A stretch of 43,814 nucleotides of DNA. It comes from Phoronis australis (Eukaryota; Animalia; Phoronida). Positions within the stretch are counted from its first letter, which is position 1. Each line of letters begins with the position of its first letter. Positions 12,712-23,549 of the stretch are shown here, piece by piece. The position numbers were made by a program, and so were the translations under genes. A model generated the notes under the pieces. That model was not told where the DNA came from and did no database searches. It saw only the letters and a list, made by a program, of their open reading frames with translations. The stretch is taken from the NCBI GenBank assembly GCA_002633005.1, contig NMRA01000221.1, positions 142,398-186,211 on the forward strand, read 5' to 3'.

Positions 12712-13289
12712 AACGGCAAATTGACATTTACGCAACACGTCAAACTGTCGTTCGGGGATCTAGAGTGCCGTAAAGGAGGCAACAATTTTTTAGGTAAAAA
12801 TGTCCCAGTTTCCCTAAAAAGCTATTTCATCGCCTTCAAAAATCTGCTTTGGTGATAAGAATAAAAACTTGCCAATGAACTGACATCAGCTTTTTGCCCA
12901 TTTGTGATTATGTATCGCTAGTGGTTTCATTTCATTGTTTCACACGTGTGATCAATATCACCTTGGATAATTGCTATTTGAAACTCAAAGTATAAAATCA
13001 TAACATTGCCACTCACAGTTACCTGTAAAGTTGCCCCCAGCCACCCCCGCTACCTCTTAATGGCCACATCACCCTGCTTCCCCAGAGATACTAACGTTTA
13101 TTGACTACAGTAACTGTTTTGAATTTCATTCACATGTATAGGGTGTATTGTCTCGCTCAAACGTATATGCGTAAATCATTCCAAATACAAATAGATAGAT
13201 ATCACCAGCACTGGTGTCTTGTTGTTATTTCTATTATTTTGTTGAAAGTTATATTCTCAACATCTCGTTAATGAATAGAATGTCACGCT

Positions 13290-13454
13290 GTACTAACTCC
13301 CCTGTTCCACGGAGTCGGTTCAAGGTCAAGGACGGTACGGAATTGTCCGATGAGTTACGGTAATTGCCAGTCCATCACGGAAGGTAACGAAATGGTCTGC
13401 AGAGTGGAGTTCCGTGATAAACTGGCATTTTCCATGAGACAGTGGAGTTAGTAC
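13290..13454. mobile_element. Small MITE-like element with ~16-bp terminal inverted repeats
   Basis: GTACTAACTCCCCTGT (13290-13305) versus ACAGTGGAGTTAGTAC (13439-13454): 15 of 16 positions complementary. Confidence 0.6.
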
Positions 13455-13458
13455 GCAT

Positions 13459-13740
13459 CGGCTTTTTGGGAAGATTTTTGTGCTTTGACAGCAAATTTGT
13501 TGCGAGCTAGCAGGAGCAGAACACGGTGAAGGGTATTAGAAGAAAGAGCAAATGCTTATGGTTTGTTGAACCCCTGTTTTATGTATATTTATTGAGTTTT
13601 GTGTTTTGTATGGACTGCTGAAGTGAAGCACCCGTGGAATTTCTAGTCCCTAGTGTCATACCTTGTACATGTAGTATTATATAGTGTAATGGGGACGATC
13701 AAAAGCTGAGGACACATGTGGTGTAGACTGAGCCGACGGG
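13459..13740 (+). repeat. Dispersed repeat, inverted partner of 19410-19669
   Basis: CTGAAGTGAAGCACCCGTGGAATTTCTAGTCC here is the exact reverse complement of GGACTAGAAATTCCACGGGTGCTTCACTTCAG at 19479-19510. Flanking similarity extends over about 260 bp. Confidence 0.8.
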
Positions 13741-15479
13741 ATTCTGTCGGTGTAGCGGGCTCCAAGGGGTCCAGGGGGTTTCACAACAATTCTAAATATG
13801 GCGTCAGGGAAAATTCGTCAGTTTCGATTCCAAGTCGACTCGCCTTTTTTACCTGATTCGGTAGTTTCCGTGCATTGACGTCGCGGCAAAATAGCTCAAC
13901 AGAGTGTCGGGATGCGGAATGAAGCGTGACTCCCAGTCTAGGATTTACGTGAAAGGGGCGCGATACTTCCAGCAGAATCATGTACTCATTATGCTGAAAA
14001 TGTATCCTACCTACAGGTAGGCACAGCTTATAGGGAAACAGCTTTCAAATTTAGTTTGCAATAAAAGTAAACTCCCTGGTTGGTTATATCAAAACCATGT
14101 TACATCACAGGCAAAGATGGCCTTGCTTTAGTACCGACATACGCTATACATATATGTCAACAAAAGGATATTTGTAGTTAGTAAATTTTTTCTCATTTAT
14201 GTGTGCAATATTGAGGTATTTGACAGAAAGTCGTTACGCGAAAGCCTTATGCCTTTTAAATATTTTAATGAGCAACATGTTCCATCTGGTATTAATTTGG
14301 CGCGAGAAACGAAGCCTGACATTGTAAGTATATTTGATAAATTTTATTGTTTAGTTTCAATATGAAAACAAAGACATGAGTTCAATACGTAACACATTAG
14401 AGAAATCACAGGTACAGGTTTAGGCCAGTGTCCCTTTCAATTATTTGAGAAAAGTTACGTTAACTTGCGAAGCATCGTATCAGTAAAAGGTGGCAAACTG
14501 TGGTTATTTTTGGCACTGTATCAATTATGACTGTCAACAAAAATGAAACTCTCACTTTGAAATTTACATTTGAACAGTTGAAAATCAAGATAGGTAATTC
14601 TAGGCACTATTTCTAGCCTAAGGATTGTGGGGAAAATCTAAACGTGTTCCTCCTTCTGTGAACCTTGACGACAATTTTTCAGTTTCCTGTTACGTTTTAT
14701 TTTATACTCTTGTCTCTAACAGGTTGTGGGAATATTTTTGGCTTTTTCATGTTCCGTGATTTGTTATCTCTGGTATCTTTGCTGTATTTTTAGTAGGCAA
14801 AGTCTGTGGTGATGAAGCATAGAATTTGTTGGTCCTTCCTGCCCACGTAGTCACGTTTTCTTTGGGTGTGTTTCATGATTTGGTAGTTTGTGCTTTCTCT
14901 GTATATACATTCTATTTATATTCCATTCTGACTCGCATATTGTCATAGACTAAGAACGATGCATGTACATGTATGAATATTAGCCTGATTTAGTTTTCAT
15001 TATGATGTATTCATGACATTTAATGAACTGGTGTTTGAAATGCTTCTGGTTTTTAGGGTTCTTGTATTTCACACATGACCATTTTATATTCTGCGATTAA
15101 TCACTGTTAATGAAATGTTAAAAGGACTCTATTTTTGTTTAATGATATATAAAATTCATTAAATTTGTTAGTGTACTTCACTTTTGTTTAATTTAGTGAA
15201 AATCGAGTTTTCTGAGTACTTTTGTTATTGAAACTTGTTGTTCTTGGAAAAATTCAGTTTTCAGAAGTTAGTTCCTTGAAAACTTAAGTTCAAGGACTTA
15301 ACCATTTTGAAACAAATTTTTGGAACAAACTTACGTTTTCAAAACGTTTAGTAGGAATAGTTGAATTAGTTAAATCCAACTAATCCAAAGTCAGCTCAAC
15401 CTATCCAGCACTGAGCTATTCAACTCATTCAACCAATTGTAGCGCCATCTGAAGTATAACTGGCAATGTGAGACAGAAA

Positions 15480-16330
15480 GACCCGAGTCTCTGACTTGTC
15501 TGCAGGTGGCGCAACGATTAGTGGGAATAGTCTAATTAGTTGAAATGCATGTTCTGTGTCTGCCAAGTATTGAGCCTTCTGCTGATGTCATGATTGTTAT
15601 CAGTCTGTTCCTGTAGGAAGCGCAGCGATTAGTGGGAGTAGTTGAATTAAGTTGAAATGCCTGATCTGAGTCTGCCAAGTTGTGAGCTTGGTGAGCCTCT
15701 GGCTAGCTCCATGTGCTTTATCCGTCTGCCTGCAGGTGGCATAGCGATTAGTGGTAATAGTTGAATTAGTTGAAATATGGGTTCTGTGTTTCTCAAGCTG
15801 TGAGCCTGTTGCTGACATAATGTTTCTTATCAGCCTATTACTGGAGGTGGCGCAGCGATTAGTGGGAATAGTTGAATTAGTTGAAATGCTTGTTCTGTGT
15901 CTCTCATTTTGTGAGCCTGGTGAGCCTTTTGTTGGCGTCATGTACTTTGTCAATCTGCCTGTAGGTGGCGTAGCGATTAGTGGGAATATTTGAATTAGTT
16001 GAAATGTGTGTTCTGTGTCTCTCAAGGTGTGGGCCTGTTGCTGTTTTTTCATGTTTGGTATCAGGTGGGCCTGCAGGTGGCGTAGCGATTAGTGGGAATA
16101 GATGCCGTGGAGTAGTTAAAATGCGTGTTTGGAGTTTCTAAAGTGGTGACCCCATTGATTATGTCATGCACTTTATCTACTCGCTCTACTTGATCTACCT
16201 AATTTTATCTACCCGTTATTTAGTGGGTCATCCCCATAGGTGGCATTATATGTCTGCCTTCAGGTGGCGTAGTGATTAGTGGGAACAGTTGAATTAGTTG
16301 AAATGCGTGTTTGTTGTCTCTAAAATTGTG
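15480..16330 (+). repeat. Satellite array, ~111/119-bp alternating units, each with a CTCF-like CAGGTGGCG motif
   Basis: Core (C/T)AGGTGGCG(C/T)AGCGATTAGTGGGAATAGTTGAATTAGTTGAAATG recurs at about 15501, 15612, 15731, 15842, 15960, 16072 and 16259. Confidence 0.9.
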
Positions 16331-17493
16331 AGCCTGATGACGTCATGTACGTTATCTACCTCCTGAGTTGGGGGGTTAGGGCAGAGTATAAGGTAAGGTT
16401 TTGCCCATCAGACGTTCACCCCCTACCCCCCCCCCCCNGATCTTGTAGCGTCTTAGGGGGTCGGGGCCATGGCCCCTTAGCCGTCCTCTGAATCCACCAT
16501 TGAAGATACTGGCATGGTCTTCACGAGAGATCTTATATAACCATAATAGTTTACAGTAAAAATAAAATTATTATCTCATGTACTACAGTAAGCATAAAAA
16601 TACTATATCCTGTACTCCTACCAATCACTTCACGCTATGAACAGTCCCACTAAATAAGATTGGTCCTAACCTCGGTCGTCAAGGTAAACGGTGGGGTATG
16701 GAAAATTGAAGTAGACCGTATTTATCCACCTTGGCTGAGTTGCGCTCGGCTCACGATCAAAGGGATGCCGCCAAGCTGCTCTATTCATCGAGTCACGAGC
16801 GAGGATAATCTGCTTCGCTCATGCGGATATGATCAGCTGATTACAATCTACCTAGCAGACTTTACTTTTTATGGAGAGTTACAAGTAGTTTTTCTGTAAT
16901 ATTTGAAAAGAGGAGCGAAAACAAATATGAATACAACTTTGAATTTTTCAAATCGGCCCAGAATAAGAGATTTTGCAACACAGCAACACTCACGATTACT
17001 TTCAATCGGCGCGCACGAATACAAAAATATAGGACCCAAGTTATTTAGATTTTGGAACACATGCATTGCAATATTCAAAATACGTTTATTATGAATCTTA
17101 CAAGCTGTAAAACGACGTTGTTTAATTTCATTGTGCTCATTCATTGTCATCCGTCAAATCGGCAATTTCCGAGATGTGATCTGCGGCGTGCGCGTATGTG
17201 TACAAAACACGTGATTGTTATGTTCCTGAAGTACGAAAATTAAGAAACTTTAGCATGCCGTTATTATTGACAGGGACACGATAAAACGAATTTGGATTTT
17301 GACTATAGTCTTGATACAGCGAGCTGGCTGACCACTGCGTCAGTGTCTCCGTTAGACCCAGAAATTTCACACAGCCCGGGTAGTTCACTTCGTCCCCAAC
17401 ATGTAGATCGAGCCTTGGACTATTAATACTCCACGGTAGAGCTAACGACCGTCGGCCTGTGCACACAAAATCTGTGAGTTAACCAGCACTCAC

Positions 17494-17660
17494 CTTGCAC
17501 GTTGCAGCCGTTTAAATGAAAAAACAATCTAGTAAACGCCATTTTCCTGCATAATCCTCCGCCTTTTGTAACAAAAAAGTCTATCGTCGATGACCCACAC
17601 ACGCACGCTCCGGCACTCACTCTCATACGCAGACGAACTTCAAAACAAACGTCACGTGAC
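17494..17660 (-). promoter_or_regulatory. Candidate distal non-coding first exon/promoter of paralog 1
   Basis: CAAG|GTGAGT donor (exon end 17494) lies in a block homologous to 37735-37900. The region is CpG-rich, with palindromic E-box GTCACGTGAC at 17651-17660. Confidence 0.5.
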
Positions 17661-19409
17661 AACAACATGTGTGTTCATACAGAGATTTTTCTCGTGTTGT
17701 GGGGTACGATGTAGCGCAGATTTGCACTTAATCGCAATTAATCTGGACTCCAGATGAACTTTAAAAATTGTAGAACATAAGGAAGATTTCAGGTAATTTG
17801 TTGAGTGGAAACTATATTTTTATGCAAGAGTTCAAGTTTTCCTATTGACGATGGCGATTCAGCGACGCATCAGTCGGCAAGTTTTTCGCCGTCGTAATTT
17901 AACAACGGAAGTTCATAACAATGCACCATAATTTTGTAGACTGTCATAGGCTAAGAATATGTCACAGAGCGTAAATTTTATGAAACCTGGCTTCCAATTT
18001 TACCCGTTTGGGAAACCGGTTTTCAACTGCCGTAGGCTACAATAAGAATCCCCTCCCGTGAAATGAATTTTTCTAAGCGTTTATTGGAGTCAGTACAGTA
18101 TACAGCTTTCCACCAAGGCTAGGTGATGCTACGACATTATTCTTTGTTGCATTAGTAACTGGTCTTGGCTAATAATCATTTATGGCCTGGTCATCCATTC
18201 AGCCAAAAGTAGTTCTAGAGGTGGCTTATTATTCACGCATGCTGACTCACAATAGAAGCCTGATATGAGTGAAGGTGGATAAATGCGGTGTTCCTACAGT
18301 TTCTTGTGCTAGTGGATGTGTTCACGACATAGTTTACTGGAAGACATTTTCAAAGATATTAACTTGAGGTTCCAAGCAAATTTCTTGAGGGAAAAGAATA
18401 TGCTCCTACAGACATGGGGAGATCATTCTAGTCAGTCCATATTCAACTCAACTCAACTCCTAGGTAAAGTTGTACCCAGATTAACTATCACTTTCACCAG
18501 TCGAACTCGCACTGAACGTGGAAATTTTAAGTCTGAATATGCAAACTTTTGCGACATTCTAGTATTCCAGAACCCGGTAAAAATTCGAAAGCACATACTC
18601 AATCCCAAAGTCAAATCACACAGATTTTCCTTATTTGTATTGAATTATTTGATGCAATTAAATAGGAATTATGCAAGTTTCACTGTGCGTAACAATAGTT
18701 AACATCTTGATTGGTGAGAGTTCATTTGGGTACATTGTGACCTATGCCGGGGGGTATTCCAGATAGGGTACTAGTAGTGGGATCGGGATGTCCTTTCGCA
18801 TTCAATAACCTAGATCCTCCCGTCAAACCTGAGCAAATCAGTCAAAATAGGCACTACAATAGTGACATTGGTGATTCTTAATTTTGAGAACCAGGCACAT
18901 GTGCACACCCAGGGTAGGCTAAAACGANCTAGTAGAAACAAAAAAAACTGAGAAAACGAGACACAAGTCCACTAAAAAGCTGTAATTTAGGAATGCACTG
19001 TGCACAGCTCTGAACATACCCCGTTTTTTTAGTAAAAGGTCAACATGCCCAAAAATTTGAGTACCCCCATATTTTAGGATTGGTGCGTGGATGAGGCACG
19101 TGAATTTTGCAAATTATTGACCTGTATTGAAGTGAGATTTCAAAATCAGGAGCTTCTAAGAATTGCTACGAAAATAGACATAAGCACAGACAACCAATGC
19201 CAATAAACCTAACTTGGGAAATGATTACACTTTGCCTTGGTAGTCCCCCCCTTGGATTGATGCTCACTTACACAACCTCAGATGAGAAGACAGAAATATA
19301 ATAGAGTAATAGCCTTATGTGAACGTTATGGCTTCCTCTGATGAACCTCCAGAAGTATATTACGCATTAGAAGTTTAGATAATTCACACACAGAATGAGT
19401 CCATGTCGG

Positions 19410-19669
19410 CATGTCGGTATGTGACAGCCACAGGCGTCCTCAGCTTCTGATCGTCCGCAATACACTATATATAACTTTGGACTAGAAATTCCACGGGTGC
19501 TTCACTTCAGTCGTCCATAGCAAACATAAAACTCAATAAATTTATATAAAACAGAAGTTCAACAAACCATGAAGAATTGTTCTTTCTGCCAATACCATTC
19601 ACAATGTCCTGTTCCGACGACTTCGTAAGAAATTTGCAGTCAAAGAACAAAAATGTTCACGAGAAGCCC
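19410..19669 (-). repeat. Dispersed repeat, inverted partner of 13459-13740
   Basis: Reverse-complement similarity to 13459-13740, including a 32-bp exact match. Confidence 0.8.
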
Positions 19670-19816
19670 ACACACACTTTTATCTTGGGTCCGCTCGAGG
19701 TCAAGGACAGTACAAAAATTACCGGTTTGTCGCGTAAAGTCACGATGTCGATAACTCTACACTAAGCCGCCAGGAGAAAAACTACAGAGCTCAGTCAACA
19801 CCTTTTTTAATCACTT

Positions 19817-20714
19817 TGTCAGATGATTGTCTGTGTGGGTTTGTTTAAAAGGTAGCTATGCTTTGAAGTTGTGCGTAGATGGAGAGTGAATAATCAAATC
19901 CAGTAATTAATTTATTATATGATAACCCCTAATTAGACAAATGAAACCTATTGTTAATTAAGTAATCAACTACGAAGAGAAACTACGCTAGCGCCCTCTT
20001 TAAAGATTACTTTAATCAAACAACCAAACGATCAAATGTCTTATCTGCTATCCAAGCTAGGACTCTCCACTTGTTGGATGTCTGTCCTGTTGGTGAATCT
20101 TCGAACTACACACACTGTATAGCGACAATGTACTTGTTGGTCACCGTCTCTGGTGATGCAACACTTGCAGGCAATTTCTTCTACCCGCGAATCTTCTTGC
20201 TGGTCACAGTCTCTGGCTGATGACGCAACACTTCAGGTAGTATCTTACTACCCACAATGCAAGTGACAAGCTCTTAGTTAACTTCCGGTTCGTTAACCCT
20301 TGCCCTTGCCAAGATCCTTTCTAGAATCTTCCACGAGATGGCTCTGTCGTACAACTGCTTCTGTACACTGTAGCAAGTCTTTATGCTTCAACTACTTTAG
20401 CGCATCTGATTATCTTGCTGATTTCAGCCCATAATATAACATTCTACTTATTTAGTGATTGGCTAATAAAAACCACATGATCATATCCACTCGTATTATT
20501 GGCTGTTACAATTTGTTCTCAGAATATTCTAGAATCTCTAGAGTACTTTGACCCCAGAACCCAAAGTTGTAAACACCATCTAAAAATAGATTTTGACGTT
20601 AAAATACATGTCAACAAGTCTGACCCCATGATTTAAAAGTACATATGCACAAATTTTGGGCAACTTAAAATGGATCTATTCTTACTAATTACTTAATCAA
20701 TATTTATTCTGACA
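19817..20714 (-). mobile_element. Solo LTR (~898 bp) inserted into the Penelope-like RT
   Basis: Ends are TGTCAGA...TCTGACA (TG..CA, 7-bp inverted repeat). Flanks CACTT (19812-19816) and CACAT (20715-20719) form a 5-bp TSD with one mismatch. On the minus strand there are two CCAAT boxes (~20500, ~20460), a TATA-like motif (~20435) and AATAAA (~19911-19916), in LTR order. Confidence 0.7.
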
Positions 20715-21654
20715 CACATGAACAATATGCATCCGTCCATGAACTTCACCCTTGAATCTGAGCGCGAGTCGTGTTTACCTTTTCTAGACGTCTTGGTTAA
20801 ACGTGAGAATAGTACTGTCGTTACATCTGTGTATCGTAAGCCCAGTTTTTCATTATCTTAAAGTTGATAGTTTTGTGCCTATCCAGTACAAGAGAGGTCT
20901 AGTTAGTTGCTTGTTACACCGTGCCTGGAGAATCTGCTCCACCAATTTAAATTTTGCTAGTGACTTAGCTATGATTTTCCAGTTATTGCGTTCCAATGGT
21001 TACCCTCTGAATTTTCTGAATAGCTGTAAAAGGCACTTTCTTTCAAAAATGAATAAGGCAGATAAGATAGCTGTTCTTGGACCCGAGAAGAAGAAAGTTT
21101 TCTTTCCTCTTGGTTACACCGGGCCAAGTAGTATAAAATTGAAACGTCAATTATCTCGCCTTATTCATTGCATAGACCCAGCAGTTGAACCGGTAGTTGT
21201 TTTCAAACCTCTTCGGAAACTTTCCAGTATGCTGTGTAAACTGAAGTCACCCATCCCTTTATTGAACAAGAGCAATGTTGTGTATAAGAATGAATGTGAC
21301 AACTGTAAGGAATTCCATATAGGACTCACTCAGACACGCCTCTGTGACAGGTTGAAAGAACATCACACCTCAGAGAAAAGTTACATATATAGGCATTGTA
21401 TTAGCTACAATCATCAAGCCAACTCTGTTAGTATTATCTGCAGAGAACCTAATAAGGAGTTACTGTACATTAAAGAGTCATTGGCCATTCAGAACCAGCA
21501 TGCCACTGATTCTCTGAATAACATGAAGAGCTCAGTGACCCTGCACCTATGGTGATGACCAGCTACTGACCATATTCTATGTATCTCTCACTTCACTCTA
21601 TGGATGTTACCTGAGCTGTGTGTTGGCACTTGTTGTCCTAAATTGTTGTAAATA

Positions 21655-21695
21655 TGATCCTTATGATGTCTAATAAAACGACGAAACGTTGAATT
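21655..21695 (+). ncRNA. Degenerate minimal hammerhead ribozyme motif in the PLE terminal repeat
   Basis: CTTATGA-TGTC-taataaaac-GAC-GAAAC-GTT: a CUGANGA box with one substitution, a GTC/GAC stem II, then GAAAC and GUH. Its position downstream of a PLE ORF is where such motifs are known to occur. Confidence 0.5.
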
Positions 21696-22058
21696 GAACA
21701 TGAACTTTTTTATTTGTGCGGTGATCGTCCGGTTTTTGATCTTATTGTGGCCAAAAACTAATTTAATGACTAAATATCGTTTGCTATATATGTAGACGAT
21801 AAAGTTTCAAAGGAGTTTATTCAATCACAATCTCTGTTTCGTTTTATGCAGCTTTTTATTTTTTCATATTAATCGTCAAAATCCCATTTTGATTATTCGT
21901 CTTATTTAGGTAAACCGGCTCAACAATTCCTTACATAATTGTAGAGAGTAGTGCTCAAAGCATGGTGTCTGAAAGTTTGATTCTGATCAGAAAGTTTGAA
22001 GACAGGAAGTGCCTAAGGTATGGCGGCAAATCGGAACTGTGGCCTTACATAACCTTAA

Positions 22059-22467
22059 AGGGAAAGGCAACCTTTTTCATGTCATTTTGAACAAAACTAA
22101 GGTTTGTTGATTATCCGAGACATATTTTTCAATTAATTACATCCTTTTGGCAAATTAAACAATTACTCGTCCCCTACTCCGGAAGTGACGTTTTTGGGAG
22201 GCAAAAATTTCGCGCCAATTTATTTTCAAATAGTTTGACTGTGAGAGCTGCAGAGTCACTCATTGTTATATCTCGACAGCTCTCACAGTCAAACTATATG
22301 AAAATAAATTGGCGCAAAATTCTTGCCTCCCAAAACTTCACTTCCGAAGTAAAGGACGAATAATTAATTAAAGTACGAAAAGCTGCAATTAAGGGGAAAA
22401 TATATCTGGGATAATCAACGAACCTTAATTTTGCTAAATATGACATGAAATAAGGTTGCCTTGGCCT
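22059..22467. mobile_element. Palindromic non-autonomous DNA transposon flanked by TTAA (Kolobok-like termini AGG...CCT)
   Basis: TTAA (22055-22058)-AGGGAAAGGCAACC...GGTTGCCTTGGCCT-TTAA (22468-22471). The arms pair almost to the centre (e.g. TAGTTTGACTGTGAGAGCTG / CAGCTCTCACAGTCAAACTA). Confidence 0.85.
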
Positions 22468-23459
22468 TTAAGAAGTCACTTGCCGTATCCGACCTGTGAA
22501 AGACCAGACAATGCTGGGGCTTTTTCAATCAACGCGGCAATAAAATTACTATATCAGCTGGGAAACACTTGTCTGTCCTGCATTGACACTCATTTGATAG
22601 GAAACAAGTCACCAATACCCATTGATGTAGTGTATTGATAGAGCGTCTCTGGATTACTCCCAATTGAAGACTGAAACCCCTGCACTTCAGAGAATTAAAG
22701 GAGAATGCCACCCGATTTAATTGGCTTTTGTTACCTTCTAAATCGGTCTATATCCACAACACCTCGTATACAGTCGACCTCACCTCTACAAGAGGTGTCG
22801 CGTGAACCTGTGAGGAAGGTGAGTACACGACGTATCGACGTCAATGGTTCTTCAACTGAGTGTGTGCCGCTATGGTGTGGCGTATCATCCCCACTTGAAA
22901 CGAAATCTCGATTAGATATTGCTGTTGTCTTCTTATGTATGTGGGATAACCTATTTATGATCTACACGAAAAATTGACTTAATTTACATTAAAAGCAACT
23001 GTTTGTAGTCTGGTTACTCGGAAAACATTCCTTTTGTCGTGCTGGTCACAGTTTAATGTTTGTTTACTCATACAGTGTAAAAACGTATCTTCTTGTGACT
23101 ATTACAAAACTTTGTGCTAAATGAGAATGAAACAAGGCAAACAACACAATCAATACAATCACATGGGTGCCGCTAAAACTTCCATAGATACAAAATCACT
23201 CAAAAGCGGTCGCCCGAGTTTGTCGTCAGCGTAAACTGCCGTAACCCAGCACTTCACACACAGCACTTTGAACTATTTCTAACCGCTCTGGGCTAGGTAC
23301 TATAAAATTTATCCATTGGAGAGCCTTCGTTGTTCCATTATATTTGAAGCATTTTTCAGCAATATTGATAAATGTGACCGATATTGCTAACCAGTGCCGA
23401 CATGTTACAGCTTTCATGCACATTCCCTGAAAGTAAAATAATTAAAACATATAAATAAC

Positions 23460-23525
23460 GGGTTCGGGTCCACGCCGTGGCAAAAATCTTTTCAGACTTA
23501 TGATCATAAGATCACGTGATATGAT
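23460..23525 (+). mobile_element. Fragment of tRNA-derived SINE (B-box plus body)
   Basis: A GGTTCGGGTCC B-box-like motif is followed by AAATCTTTTCAGAC...TCACGTGAT, shared with the minus-strand element at 32097-32222. Confidence 0.5.
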
Positions 23526-23549
23526 CAACAGGTGGCGTGCAAACCAGAC

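Larger units (their letters stand above)
19790..21750 (+). mobile_element. 5'-truncated, frameshifted Penelope-like retroelement (RT C-terminus + GIY-YIG endonuclease), interrupted by a solo LTR
   Basis: From 20718: MNNMHPSMNFTLESERESCLPFLDVLVKRENSTVVTSVYRKP (PLE RT end). A frameshift leads into ORF 20803-21555 with YKRGLVSCLLHRAWRICS..LRSNGYP and the GIY-YIG-like NVVYKNECDNCKEFHIGLTQTRLCDRLKEH. Left of the LTR, SSVNTFFNH continues the RT frame. Confidence 0.9.

Noticed and set aside
15600-16052. 150-aa minus-strand ORF and 80-aa plus-strand ORF with internal repeats
   Set aside because: They are translations of the satellite array and show no protein-like features.
15480-16330. CRISPR-like appearance (conserved core with variable intervening sequence)
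   Set aside because: The intervening segments are homologous to each other, the repeats are degenerate, there are no cas genes, and the context is eukaryotic.
17494-17542. ATG-initiated MAFTRLFFHLNGCNVQ before the distal donor as a coding first exon
   Set aside because: The paralogous copy reads MTFVRLFFP* and the frame does not join the main CDS. At most it is a uORF.
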